From Myxococcota bacterium (GTDB taxonomy: Bacteria > Myxococcota_A > UBA9160 > UBA4427): 64,000 nt of DNA. The notes under the pieces were generated by a model. It saw nothing but the letters and a program-made list of their open reading frames with translations, had not been told where the DNA came from and ran no database searches. The DNA lies in NCBI GenBank assembly GCA_965250285.1, contig OZ252299.1, positions 3,264,001-3,328,000 of the forward strand. The letters are read 5' to 3'. Numbering within the stretch: the stretch's first letter is position 1; each line of letters begins with the position of its first letter. Position numbers and translations under genes: made by a program. Below are positions 8,470-17,920 of this stretch, piece by piece.

Positions 8470-8610
8470 GGGCCGGGGGTGGGGATTCCGACTGCGACTC
8501 CCTCGGGTCTTGCTGTTCGTCGGCGTGGCGGCGCGTGCTTGGCCCCGGTCGCTTCTCTTTCAGGCGGGCGGGCGCCGCCCGCCGTGACGGGGCGCGGTGG
8601 GGGCTCTGGA
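8470..8610. repeat. Structured intergenic repeat, copy 3 (inverted relative to copies 1-2, one arm missing)
   Basis: Reverse complement contains CCGTCACGGCGGGCGGCG...GCGACCGGGG..GCACGCGCCGCCA...GAGGGAGTCGCAGTCGGAA with the same spacing as copies 1-2. Confidence 0.85.
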
Positions 8611-10752
8611 TCAGTCGTAGAGCTGCTGGTAGAGCCAGTAGCTGCGCAGGACGCGGCGGGTGTACGACCGGGTCTGGCCGTAGGGGATGTCCTCGACGAA
8701 GACATCGTCCTCGATGCCGGGGCCGGCCTTCGAAAGCCAGCCGGCCACGGCGCGGGGCCCGGCGTTGTAGCTGGCGATCATGGCCGAGATGCGGCCGTCC
8801 ATGCGCTCACTGAGCTCGGCCAGGTAGCGCGTGCCCAGCGCGATGTTCGTCTCGGGCGTTTCGAGACCGGCTTCGTCGGGCTCAGGCAGCCCGGTGCGGC
8901 CCGCCACGCGCGACGCGGTGCCGGGCATGAGCTGCATCAGACCGATCGCGCCCGCGCTCGAATGAACGCGCGGCCGAAAGCTCGACTCCTCGCGCATGAT
9001 CGCCCACACGAGCTCGCGCTCGACGCCCAGGTCGGGTGCCTGATCGACGACCGTTTCGTAGGCGCGCGGCCAGGCCAGCCACCACAGTCGCTCGACCCCC
9101 GGCCGCAGCCCCTCGGCCAGGCGGGCGAGGTACGCGTCGACGACGATGCGTTCGGCACCGGCGTAGTCGCCTGCGGCCGCCATCACGCGCCCGATCGCCA
9201 TGCGATCACCGACATCGAGAACCGCCGCGCCGTCGCCGCCGGCCGCGTCGACGATCTCGCGCAGCTCGAGCGCCGCCAGCTCGGCCCGATCCGACTCGAT
9301 CAGGAGCGCGGCGCGCTGGAGCCGCCAGTACGGCACCACGGCCTCGGCGTCGTTCGGGGGCGCCATCGCGCGCGCCGTCGGCGCCGCGGTTCGGAACGAC
9401 CGGCCGAGACGCTGCTGCGCGCGCAGGCCGTAGTAGGTAAAGGGGGCCTCCCGGGCGAGCGCCTCGAACTCGGCGCGGGCCTCACTCGCCTGCCCCCCCT
9501 GCTCGGCGGCCCGCGCGGCCCAGTACCGCGCCTGGCGCGTCTTCGCCGGGCCCAGCCCCTCTGCCTCGGCCGAGGCCACGATCGCCCGAAAGTCGGCGCG
9601 GGCGTCGGCGAAGTGCCCGGCCTCGAAGTCGGACCAGCCGAGGCGCCAGAGCGCCTCGCGCACCCGCGACGGGAAGGCGGTGTAGCCGGCGACCTCGCGA
9701 AAGCGTTGCCGCGCGGCGTCCGGCTGGTTACGCCCTTCGAGCAGCGTGCCGAGCAGAAAGAGCGAGCGACTCGCCCACTCGTCGTTCTTCGACTCGCCGA
9801 GCTCGGCGAAGATCTGCATCGCGTCGGGGACCGCGCCGTGGCGCGCCGCCGCGCGAGCCGTCCAGAAGCGAGCCTCGTCGCCATCGCCAGCGGCCTCGAA
9901 CGACTGACGGGCCTCGGCGTAGCGGCGGATGCGGAAGAGCGCGACGCCCTTGCGCTGGTGCAGCAGCTGCCGCTCGGTCTCGTCGACGAGCTGCGCGAGG
10001 GCCTCGGTGTAGGCCTCGGCCGCCTCGGCGCTGCGGCCGCGGGCGAGCAAGGCGTCGCCGGCCGCCGCGGCCTCTTCGGGGGTGCGATCTTCGGGCGCCT
10101 TCTCTTCGGGGCGCGACGCCGCCTGCAGCACCTCGCCAAGCAGCTGCTCGGGTGGCTGATCAGCGGGGAGATGCCCCGCTCGCTGGAGAGACTCGACCAT
10201 CTCGAGCTTCACGGCTCGGCGACGGTGCGTGAGCGACTCGGCCTCGAAGGCCGTGCGCCAGGCCGCCCGCGCGCCGGCCTCGTCGCCGCGCTCGAGCAGC
10301 GTGCGGGCGCGCAGGCGATCGAGCCCGGGCTGCACCCGCGGTGGCGCACCGCGGCGCTCGAGCCGTCCCAGGGCCGCGAGCGCCCCGGCGGTGTCGCCTG
10401 CAGCGCCCAGCGCCTCCGCCTCGACGAGCACGATCTGATCGTTCAGCAGCTCGGCTGCGCGGGCACGCTCGAGCAGGGGCGCGACGGCGTCGATCTGCCC
10501 CGCATCGAGTGCTCGGGTCGCCGCGGCCAGGGCCTCCGCCCCTTCGTGGTGGCGAACGCCGAGGGCGATGCCGTGGCCGCCGGGCAGATAGACGAGCGGT
10601 GTCGGTGCCCGGCGGGCGGCGAGGCCGGCCTCGCCGGGAATCAGCGCGACGATCATCCACAGTGCGCTGAGCCCGGTGGCGCGGGCGCGACTGAAGCGAC
10701 GACGACGCGAAGCGGCGGGAGAATCGGCAGCGCCGAGGCGACGTTGGCGCAC
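8611..10752 (-). CDS. Soluble lytic transglycosylase (Slt70-like) with TPR repeats
   Basis: SLT motifs AIMREESSF, GAIGLMQLMP and ASYNAG; helical TPR-like N-terminus. GTG at 10752 with GGAGGAG RBS (start uncertain). Confidence 0.88.
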   Translation of the reverse strand: MRQRRLGAADSPAASRRRRFSRARATGLSALWMIVALIPGEAGLAARRAPTPLVYLPGGHGIALGVRHHEGAEALAAATRALDAGQIDAVAPLLERARAAELLNDQIVLVEAEALGAAGDTAGALAALGRLERRGAPPRVQPGLDRLRARTLLERGDEAGARAAWRTAFEAESLTHRRRAVKLEMVESLQRAGHLPADQPPEQLLGEVLQAASRPEEKAPEDRTPEEAAAAGDALLARGRSAEAAEAYTEALAQLVDETERQLLHQRKGVALFRIRRYAEARQSFEAAGDGDEARFWTARAAARHGAVPDAMQIFAELGESKNDEWASRSLFLLGTLLEGRNQPDAARQRFREVAGYTAFPSRVREALWRLGWSDFEAGHFADARADFRAIVASAEAEGLGPAKTRQARYWAARAAEQGGQASEARAEFEALAREAPFTYYGLRAQQRLGRSFRTAAPTARAMAPPNDAEAVVPYWRLQRAALLIESDRAELAALELREIVDAAGGDGAAVLDVGDRMAIGRVMAAAGDYAGAERIVVDAYLARLAEGLRPGVERLWWLAWPRAYETVVDQAPDLGVERELVWAIMREESSFRPRVHSSAGAIGLMQLMPGTASRVAGRTGLPEPDEAGLETPETNIALGTRYLAELSERMDGRISAMIASYNAGPRAVAGWLSKAGPGIEDDVFVEDIPYGQTRSYTRRVLRSYWLYQQLYD

Positions 10753-11036
10753 GCTGGCTCCTCCCCTGCTCCGGGCGCCGAGGCGAGTCGGCACCGGGTG
10801 GGTGGCACGCTCCTGGCTGGCGCGTGCGCCGACGTCATGGGAACGCCGATCGATCGAAGGGGGGAGGCGAAACGGTACAGCGCCGCCCTGCCCTTGTCCG
10901 CGACACACGTCACTTCGGACGCGCGCCGGGCATGTCGCGTTCCCTCCGCGCGGCGCGGGTCGGATCGCCGACGGCCCCTTCGCCGCGCCCGTGATCCGGG
11001 CGCCGCCGCGCTCGGCGCCCCCTATGCTCGGGCCCG

Positions 11037-12110
11037 ATGTCGAGACGCACTGCGCACGCACGATCGAGTGGTGGCACCGGCCGGCAAGCGGCGCCGCGGC
11101 GGGTCGCGATCGTCGGCGCCGGCGCGCTCGGCGTCGGCCTGGCGACGGCACTTCACTCGAGCGGCGTCGAAGTGCATCTGATTGCGCGCGCTGCGAGCGG
11201 CCGGGCGAGCGAGCTGAAGCACGGCTATCGGCGCAGCGGCCTCTTCGGCGACGCCGAGGTGCCGGCCCGCGACGCCCACGTGAGCGAGTCGCTCGAGGCG
11301 CTGTCCTCCATCGACGCCGACTTCACTCTGGTCTGCACGAAGACGACGGCGACCGAGACGCTGGCGCCCGAGCTCGGCGCGGCGCTCGCGGCCACACCGA
11401 GCCCGTCGCCCCTGGTCGTCTGCCACAACGGCTGGGGCAGCGCCGAACGCTTCGCGGCGTTCGTGCCCGCCGAGCGCGTGTTCAGCGGTCGGGTGATCAC
11501 GGGCTTCCACCCGGTCTCGCCCGATCACGTCGCGGTGACCGCCCACGCGCAGCCGATCCATCTCGGCAGCCTGTTCGGTGCGGATCCGGGCCGGCTCGCA
11601 CCGCTCGCAGCAGCGATCGACCGAGGCGGCCTGCCCTGCGCGGTCACCCGCGACGTCCGCGCCGACCTGCTTGCAAAGCTGCTCTACAACGGCCTGCTGA
11701 ATCCACTCGGTGCGCTGGTCGGGGCCCGCTACGGCGTGCTCGCCGAGCGGCCGGCCACGCGCGCGATCCTGGTCGCCCTCGCCCACGAGATCTTCGCCGT
11801 CTTCGACGGGGCCGGGCTAGGCACCCACTGGCCCGACGCCGATGCCTATCTCGAGACCTTCTTCGAAGAGCTGCTGCCGCCGACGGCCCAGCACGCGTCG
11901 TCGATGCTGCAGGATCTCCGAGCCGGTCGTCCCACCGAGATCGACGCGATCAGCGGCGCGGTGTGCGAGCTGGGCGCGCGCCACGGGGTCGCCACGCCGC
12001 TCGACGCCGCGCTGCTCGAGCTGGTGCACGGGGCCGAGTCGCGGGCGCGCACACCGCGAGATGCGGCCCCGCGCCCGGGCGAAACCACCGCCGAGCCCGA
12101 GGCCCTCTGA
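11037..12110 (+). CDS. panE: Ketopantoate reductase family protein
   Basis: GAGALG Rossmann motif, CTK, HNG, KLLYN and SSMLQD..TEIDAISG. Confidence 0.85.
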   Translation: MSRRTAHARSSGGTGRQAAPRRVAIVGAGALGVGLATALHSSGVEVHLIARAASGRASELKHGYRRSGLFGDAEVPARDAHVSESLEALSSIDADFTLVCTKTTATETLAPELGAALAATPSPSPLVVCHNGWGSAERFAAFVPAERVFSGRVITGFHPVSPDHVAVTAHAQPIHLGSLFGADPGRLAPLAAAIDRGGLPCAVTRDVRADLLAKLLYNGLLNPLGALVGARYGVLAERPATRAILVALAHEIFAVFDGAGLGTHWPDADAYLETFFEELLPPTAQHASSMLQDLRAGRPTEIDAISGAVCELGARHGVATPLDAALLELVHGAESRARTPRDAAPRPGETTAEPEAL

Positions 12111-13765
12111 TGAGCGAACGCATCGACGCATTGCCGGAGGGCCTGGTCGACGACCTTGCGCGACCCGCCGGCTATCCGCTCGATGAAGATGCCGGAGCCG
12201 GCATCGAGCACATCCAGACGCACCTCTCGCACGTCTTCCTGCTGGCGCGGCGCGTCTACAAGCTGCACAAGGCCGCGGCCCTCGGGTTCGTCGACTTCGG
12301 GCTCCGCGAAGCGCGCAACACCGACTGCGTCGACGAGGTCCGGCTCAACCGCCGACTCGCGTCGGACGTGTACCTCGGAGTCGCCCCGATCGAAGTCGGC
12401 GCCGATGGCCGCTATCGCGTGGGCGAGCGCATCGATGCGCCGACACGCCTCGACCCGATGCGCGAACACTGCGTCGTCATGCAGCGGCTCGAACCCGACC
12501 GGGACGCCCTCAGCCTGCTCGAACGCGGTGAGCTGACGCGCGACCAGCTCGAGCGCGTGAGCGCAAAGATCGCGCGGTTCCATGCGGGGCTCGAACCGAT
12601 CGACACCGGCGCGGCCGGCGACGTCGTGGCGCCCGCCCAGGCGAACCTGGCGGCCATTGACGCGGCCGGCGACGACGTGGTGCCCACGACCGAGGCCGTC
12701 GCCCTCCGACGCGCGACCGAAGCGAGACTCAGCGACCTGGCGGGCACGTTCGAGCGACGTCGCCGGGCCGGCCGAATCGTCGAGGGGCACGGCGACCTTC
12801 ATCTCCAGCACGTGTGGCTTCCCAGTGACGCGCGCGGTGCGGAAGACCCGCCCATCATCGACTGCCTCGAGTTCAGCGAGGCACTGCGCGTCACCGACGT
12901 CGCCGCCGAGATCGCGTTTCTCGCAATGGACCTCGCCTACCGCGGCGCGGGCGCGCTCGCCGAGCTGTTCGTGCGCCGGTACGCCGAAGCGACGGGCGAC
13001 TTCGACCTCTATTCGACGATCGATCTCTACGTCGCCCACCGCGCGACCGTACGGGCCAAGGTCGCGGCGCTCGCCGCAAGCGACCCCGAGATCGAAGCGA
13101 CCCAGCGTGCGGCCTCGCGGCGCAGCGCGCGCCGCCACGTCGCGTTCGCCCGGCGTGCGCTGGCACCGCGCACACCCGGCCACGTCGTGCTGGTCGGGGG
13201 CGTAATCGCGACGGGCAAGAGCACCGCCGCGCGCGCCCTCGGCGACCGCATCGGCGCGGTGGTCGTCTCGAGCGACCGCGTGCGCAAGGCGCGGCTTGGC
13301 CTGCGCCCCACCGATCGCCTCACTGCGGAGCCGGGGGCGGGCGCGTACACGCCCGAGGCGCGCGCGGCCGTCTACGACGCGATGCTCGAGGCAGCGGCCC
13401 CGATCATCGCCTCCGGACGCACGGTCGTGCTCGACGCGACCTGGTCGTCGCGCGACCAGCGCGAACGCGCGCGCGCTTTCGCGAACCGGGCTGGCGCGGC
13501 GCGCTGCCTGTTCATCGAGACGCGGTGTGACGTCGACGTCCTGCGCGCGCGGCTCGCCGAGCGGCGGGCACGCAACGACGATGCGTCCGACGCCGGCCCC
13601 GAGCTGCTCGACGCGAGCCTCGACGCGTTCGACGCGCTCGACGAGCACGACCCCTGGCCCCGCGCCGACCGAGCCGTCATCGATACTGGCCGGGTCTCGA
13701 TCGACACGGCCATCGCAGCCACCGCTCACGATCTCGGCCTCGACGACGCAACCGTCTGGGATTGA
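12110..13765 (+). CDS. Bifunctional APH-like kinase / P-loop (AAA_33, gluconokinase-like) protein
   Basis: IQTHLSHVFL..VYKL, EGHGDLHLQHV and IIDCLEF, then GGVIATGKST, SSDRVRK and VVLDATW. ATG overlaps the panE stop. Confidence 0.88.
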   Translation: MSERIDALPEGLVDDLARPAGYPLDEDAGAGIEHIQTHLSHVFLLARRVYKLHKAAALGFVDFGLREARNTDCVDEVRLNRRLASDVYLGVAPIEVGADGRYRVGERIDAPTRLDPMREHCVVMQRLEPDRDALSLLERGELTRDQLERVSAKIARFHAGLEPIDTGAAGDVVAPAQANLAAIDAAGDDVVPTTEAVALRRATEARLSDLAGTFERRRRAGRIVEGHGDLHLQHVWLPSDARGAEDPPIIDCLEFSEALRVTDVAAEIAFLAMDLAYRGAGALAELFVRRYAEATGDFDLYSTIDLYVAHRATVRAKVAALAASDPEIEATQRAASRRSARRHVAFARRALAPRTPGHVVLVGGVIATGKSTAARALGDRIGAVVVSSDRVRKARLGLRPTDRLTAEPGAGAYTPEARAAVYDAMLEAAAPIIASGRTVVLDATWSSRDQRERARAFANRAGAARCLFIETRCDVDVLRARLAERRARNDDASDAGPELLDASLDAFDALDEHDPWPRADRAVIDTGRVSIDTAIAATAHDLGLDDATVWD

Positions 13766-13774
13766 CGGGCGCCG

Positions 13775-14557
13775 TCAGCGCCCCTCGAACCGCGGCGCGC
13801 GCTTCTCGAGGAACGCGGCGACGCCCTCGCGATAGTCGTCGCTCGCGTAGCAGCGGCGGATCGCCTCGGCGATCGCCTCGGGGTCGCGCTGGGCCTCGGG
13901 GCGCGCGAGGTCGCGGAGCACCCGCTTGGCAGCGGCGAGCGTGAGGGGCGCATTCGACGCCATGCCGGCCACGAGGTCGTTCGTCGCCGAGGCGAGCGCG
14001 GGCTTCGGGTGCACGCTCGACACCAACCCGAGCCGCAGCGCCTCATCGGCCTTGACCCGCCGCGCCGTCAGGAAGAGGTCGCGCGCGGAGGCGTCGCCCA
14101 CCACGCGCACCAGCGTCGCGAGCCCCGATGCGCTGTAGCCGAGCCCGAGTCGGCCGGCCGGGATCGCGAACACCGCGTCTTCGTCGGCGATGCGAATGTC
14201 GGCGCAGAGCGCGAGCGCACAGCCGCCCCCGACGCAGAAGCCATGGATCATCGCGACCAGCGGTTTCGACATCGACTGCAAGGCGCCGAACGCGTCCCCA
14301 TTCACGGCGTCATACGCCTGCGCTGCTTCGCCCACGCGATTCTCGCTGAACTCGGAGATGTCGGCGCCCGAGACGAACGCGACGTCGCCCGCGCCCCGCA
14401 TCACGACGACCCGCACCGCATCGTCCGCCTCGAAGCGGGCCACGGCCTCGGGGATCGCGGCCCACATCGCGTGGTTCAGCGCGTTTCGCCGCGCCTCGTG
14501 ATCGAAGATCAACCAGCCGATCGGCCCCTCGACGCGGGTCTCGACGTGTCCGCTCAT
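13775..14557 (-). CDS. Enoyl-CoA hydratase/isomerase (crotonase)
   Basis: AFVSGADISEF, KPLVAMIHGFCVGGG and DYREGVAAFLEKRAPRF. Confidence 0.92.
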   Translation of the reverse strand: MSGHVETRVEGPIGWLIFDHEARRNALNHAMWAAIPEAVARFEADDAVRVVVMRGAGDVAFVSGADISEFSENRVGEAAQAYDAVNGDAFGALQSMSKPLVAMIHGFCVGGGCALALCADIRIADEDAVFAIPAGRLGLGYSASGLATLVRVVGDASARDLFLTARRVKADEALRLGLVSSVHPKPALASATNDLVAGMASNAPLTLAAAKRVLRDLARPEAQRDPEAIAEAIRRCYASDDYREGVAAFLEKRAPRFEGR

Positions 14558-14611
14558 GCGATTCTCCTCGGCGCGCGCTTCGCGTTCGCCCTGGCTCGAT
14601 CGCTCGTGCCC

Positions 14612-15250
14612 TCAAGAGGGCACGAGCGCGTCGGTCATGGCGCGATCGATCTCGTGCCAGTCGTGACAGCGTACGATGCGCCGCGCGACGTCCGCGGGCA
14701 GTTCGGGCAGCGCCCGATTCCACGGGCGGTCGACCAGCGCGACGTGCCAACCCGCCTCACTCGCGAGCCGAAGCGCCATCTCCAGCGAATCCTCGACGGC
14801 GAAGCCGAAGGGCATCTCGAGCATCCGCTCGACCGGCTCGTAGGGGACGCCGGCCACGACCTCGGTCGGCCGGCCGTACTTGTCGACGAAGTGAAGCCCA
14901 TCGTGGGCCATCTGGTGCGCATCGAGCCACGCCTTCGAGGCCTCGGCGCACACGGGGGGGCGTCCGGTGACGATGTGCACGCGCCATCCCCTCGAGCGCC
15001 AGCCTGCGAGCGCCGCACGCGCGCCGGCGCGCGGTGCGAGCGCACCGAGCTCTTCGGGCGAGTGCGCACGCTCGAAGAAACGTTCGAGCTCGACGCCCTC
15101 GAGCGCGAACGATCGACCGAGATCGAAGTGCGCGACGTCTTCGACGTCGACCCGGCGACCGTGCGCTCGCCCGAGCAGATCGATCAGGCCCTCGATGGTG
15201 TGCGAGAGCACGTCGTCGAGATCGACGTACACCGCGTCGGCTGCGCTCAC
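14612..15250 (-). CDS. HAD-superfamily 5'(3')-nucleotidase-like (NT5C-type) protein
   Basis: VYVDLDDVL, IVTGRP, DKY, AVEDS and RPWNR motifs. Confidence 0.75.
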   Translation of the reverse strand: MSAADAVYVDLDDVLSHTIEGLIDLLGRAHGRRVDVEDVAHFDLGRSFALEGVELERFFERAHSPEELGALAPRAGARAALAGWRSRGWRVHIVTGRPPVCAEASKAWLDAHQMAHDGLHFVDKYGRPTEVVAGVPYEPVERMLEMPFGFAVEDSLEMALRLASEAGWHVALVDRPWNRALPELPADVARRIVRCHDWHEIDRAMTDALVPS

Positions 15251-16764
15251 GCATCGCCCTCGCTGGCCCGGTCGAGCGCGGCCTCGAGCGCCCGGGCCTT
15301 GTCGAGGGTCTCGTCGTACTCGGCATCGGGGTCACTGTCGGCCACGACGGCGCCGCCGACGTGCAGATACGCACGCTCCTTCTTCACGAGCCAGGTGCGA
15401 ATCACCACCGAGAGATCGAGCCCACCCCGCACGTCGAGGTAGCCGAGCGCCCCCGAGTAGATGCCACGACGCACGGGCTCGAGCGCACCGGCGATGCGCA
15501 TCGCCGCGATCTTCGGTGCGCCGGTCATCGAGCCGGGCGGGAAGCACGCGCGCACGAGATCGACGGCATCGCAGTCTTCGCGCAGGCGACCGACGACCGT
15601 CGATACGAGCTGGAACACGGTCGCGTAAGCCTCGACCTGCATCAGCTCGGGCACCCGCACGCTGCCCGGCCGGCAAACACGACCGAGATCGTTGCGGACG
15701 AGGTCGACGATCATCAGGTTCTCGGCTCGATCCTTGGGCGACGTCAGCAGGTCTTCTGCGAGCGCCGCGTCGGTATCGGCGTCGGCACCGCGCGGCCGCG
15801 TGCCCTTGATCGGCCGACTCTCGACGTGCCCGTCCGCCTCGGCTTTGAGGAAGCGCTCGGGCGAGCTCCCGACGATGCACACGTCGGGGAGCTCGATGTA
15901 CGCAGCGAACGGCGCCGGGCTCTCCCGTCGCAAGGCGGCGTAGAGCGCGGCGGGCTTGCCTTCCCACGGCGTGCTCATGCGCTGGGTCAGGTTCACCTCG
16001 TAGACACCGCCCTGGCCGATCTCGTCGAGCACATGTCGCACTCGCGCGGCATAGAGATCGCGCCCCGGGCCGGGATCGACCGGGTCCGACGGCGCGAGCG
16101 GTGCCGGCGCAGCCGTACGGGCCGGGCGCCGCTCCGTCGCTTCGAGACCGGCTTCGACGCTGCGCAGCCAATCGCGCAGCGCTTCGTCGGCGCTGTGCGA
16201 CGCCTCGTCTCCGCTCTCACCGAACCCGAGCGCGATCGCCCACGCGTCGCCCGACATGTGATCGAGGGCGACCAGTCGGTCGACGAGCAGCAGCGTGAGA
16301 TCGGGCGTGTCGAGATCGCTCGTCTGATCGAGCTCGAGCGATTCGATGCAGCTCGCGAGCTCATAGCCGAAGACCGCGATGGCGCCGCCCACGAAGGGCA
16401 GATCTTCGACGTCGGCGAACGCCTCGGGCGTCGATCGTGGCCAGAGCGCGCGAACCGCTTCGAACGCGTCGCCCTGACCGACGTGCTGGCCCGGCACCCA
16501 GCCCGGTCGCACCGCGCGCCTGACCTCGAGCGCGAGCGCCTCGCCGCGCGCGGTCAAGATGGCGAATGGATCGACCCCGAACAGGGAGTACCGACCGAGA
16601 CGGCGATCGACGAGCGCACTCTCGAGCAGCCAGGGCAGCCCGTCCCCGCGCATCGACTCGACGAGTGCGAGCGGATCGGGGCAGGCGCGCAGCGGGGCGC
16701 GCGTCAGCGCAATGTGCGCTTGGGCCGAGCCCGACCGGGGCGCGTCGAAAGGGAAGAACGACAT
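15247..16764 (-). CDS. pabB: Aminodeoxychorismate synthase / anthranilate synthase component I (chorismate-binding)
   Basis: SSPERFL, SRPIKGTRPR, KDRAENLMIVDLVRNDLGRVC and FPPGSMTGAPK. Confidence 0.85.
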   Translation of the reverse strand: MSFFPFDAPRSGSAQAHIALTRAPLRACPDPLALVESMRGDGLPWLLESALVDRRLGRYSLFGVDPFAILTARGEALALEVRRAVRPGWVPGQHVGQGDAFEAVRALWPRSTPEAFADVEDLPFVGGAIAVFGYELASCIESLELDQTSDLDTPDLTLLLVDRLVALDHMSGDAWAIALGFGESGDEASHSADEALRDWLRSVEAGLEATERRPARTAAPAPLAPSDPVDPGPGRDLYAARVRHVLDEIGQGGVYEVNLTQRMSTPWEGKPAALYAALRRESPAPFAAYIELPDVCIVGSSPERFLKAEADGHVESRPIKGTRPRGADADTDAALAEDLLTSPKDRAENLMIVDLVRNDLGRVCRPGSVRVPELMQVEAYATVFQLVSTVVGRLREDCDAVDLVRACFPPGSMTGAPKIAAMRIAGALEPVRRGIYSGALGYLDVRGGLDLSVVIRTWLVKKERAYLHVGGAVVADSDPDAEYDETLDKARALEAALDRASEGDA

Positions 16765-16888
16765 GAGGCACTCGACGAGGTAGCGGGGCGCGAGAAGCGC
16801 GGAAGCTACCCCACACAGCCGGCAGCGTCAGTGCGGCCACGTGCGTCGGCCGTAGCCCAGCCGCATTCGACCCTGATAGACTGCCGCG

Positions 16889-17899
16889 ATGCCTGACATG
16901 CCCACGCCGCGACGCATCGAGCTGCCGCCCCAGACCCACGCAGGCGGCGCCGAGCCGCCGATCGCCCTCTCGGTGCACGACGCCGGCGCGGGCCCGGCCG
17001 TCGTGCTCTCCCACGGCTTCCCCGAGACGGCCTACAGCTGGCGCCACCAGATCGCGCCCCTGGTCGAGGCGGGCTACCGCGTCATCGCCCCCGACCAGCG
17101 TGGCTATGGCTCGAGCGATGCGCCCGAAGGCATCGAGACGTACGACATGGATCACCTGACCGGCGATCTCGTCGGGCTGCTCGACGCGCTCGAGATCGAG
17201 CGCGCGGTGTTCGTGGGCCACGACTGGGGCGGGTTCGTCTGCTGGGCCATGCCGCTGCTGCACCCCGATCGCACGGCCGGCGTGATCGGCGTCAACACGC
17301 CGTACACGCCTCGCACGCCGACGAAGCCCACCGAGATGATGAAGATGCTCGTGAACGGCGACGTCGAGCGCATGTACGTGCTGTGGTTCCAGGAGCCCGG
17401 CGTGGCCGAGGCGGTGCTCGACGCCCAGCCACGGCTCGTCTTCGAGAAGCTGCTGCGTCAGCCCGTGCCGCCCGAGGAGGCCGCTGCTCGCATGATGGCC
17501 TCGGGCGAGCTCGACATGAACCCGTTTCGTCGGCTCGCCGAGCTCGAGACGATGAGCGAGCCGCTCGTGAGCGACGCCGAAATCGACGCCTACGCCGACG
17601 CGTTCGAGCGCTCGGGCTTCCGCGGTGGCATCTCGTGGTATCGCAACTTCGATCGCAACTGGGAACGCCACCCCGAGATCGGTGTCCAGAAGATCGATCA
17701 TCCCTCGCTGATGGTGACGGCCGCCTGGGACGCGGCCCTGCCCCCGACCATGGCCGCGGGGATGCCGGCGCTCTGCAACGATCTCGAGATGAAGCAGATC
17801 GAAGCGTGCGGGCACTGGACGATGCAGGAGAAGCCCGACGAGCTGAACGCGATCCTGATCGACTGGCTGGGGCGCCGCTTCCCCGCCGGCCGCGGCTGA
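16889..17899 (+). CDS. Alpha/beta hydrolase, epoxide hydrolase family
   Basis: HGFPE, PDQRGYG, nucleophile GHDWGG, SWYRN and CGHW. Confidence 0.9.
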   Translation: MPDMPTPRRIELPPQTHAGGAEPPIALSVHDAGAGPAVVLSHGFPETAYSWRHQIAPLVEAGYRVIAPDQRGYGSSDAPEGIETYDMDHLTGDLVGLLDALEIERAVFVGHDWGGFVCWAMPLLHPDRTAGVIGVNTPYTPRTPTKPTEMMKMLVNGDVERMYVLWFQEPGVAEAVLDAQPRLVFEKLLRQPVPPEEAAARMMASGELDMNPFRRLAELETMSEPLVSDAEIDAYADAFERSGFRGGISWYRNFDRNWERHPEIGVQKIDHPSLMVTAAWDAALPPTMAAGMPALCNDLEMKQIEACGHWTMQEKPDELNAILIDWLGRRFPAGRG

Positions 17900-17920
17900 T
17901 CGCGAGAGGGCGCAACCAAG

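Noticed and set aside
7138..11181. 1347-aa plus-strand ORF
   Set aside because: Antisense shadow of caiB and slt; R/A/G-rich with no motifs, typical of high-GC stop-codon scarcity.
10676..12109. N-terminal half of the 1029-aa ORF 10676-13765
   Set aside because: Overlaps panE in another frame; the real protein begins at ATG 12110.
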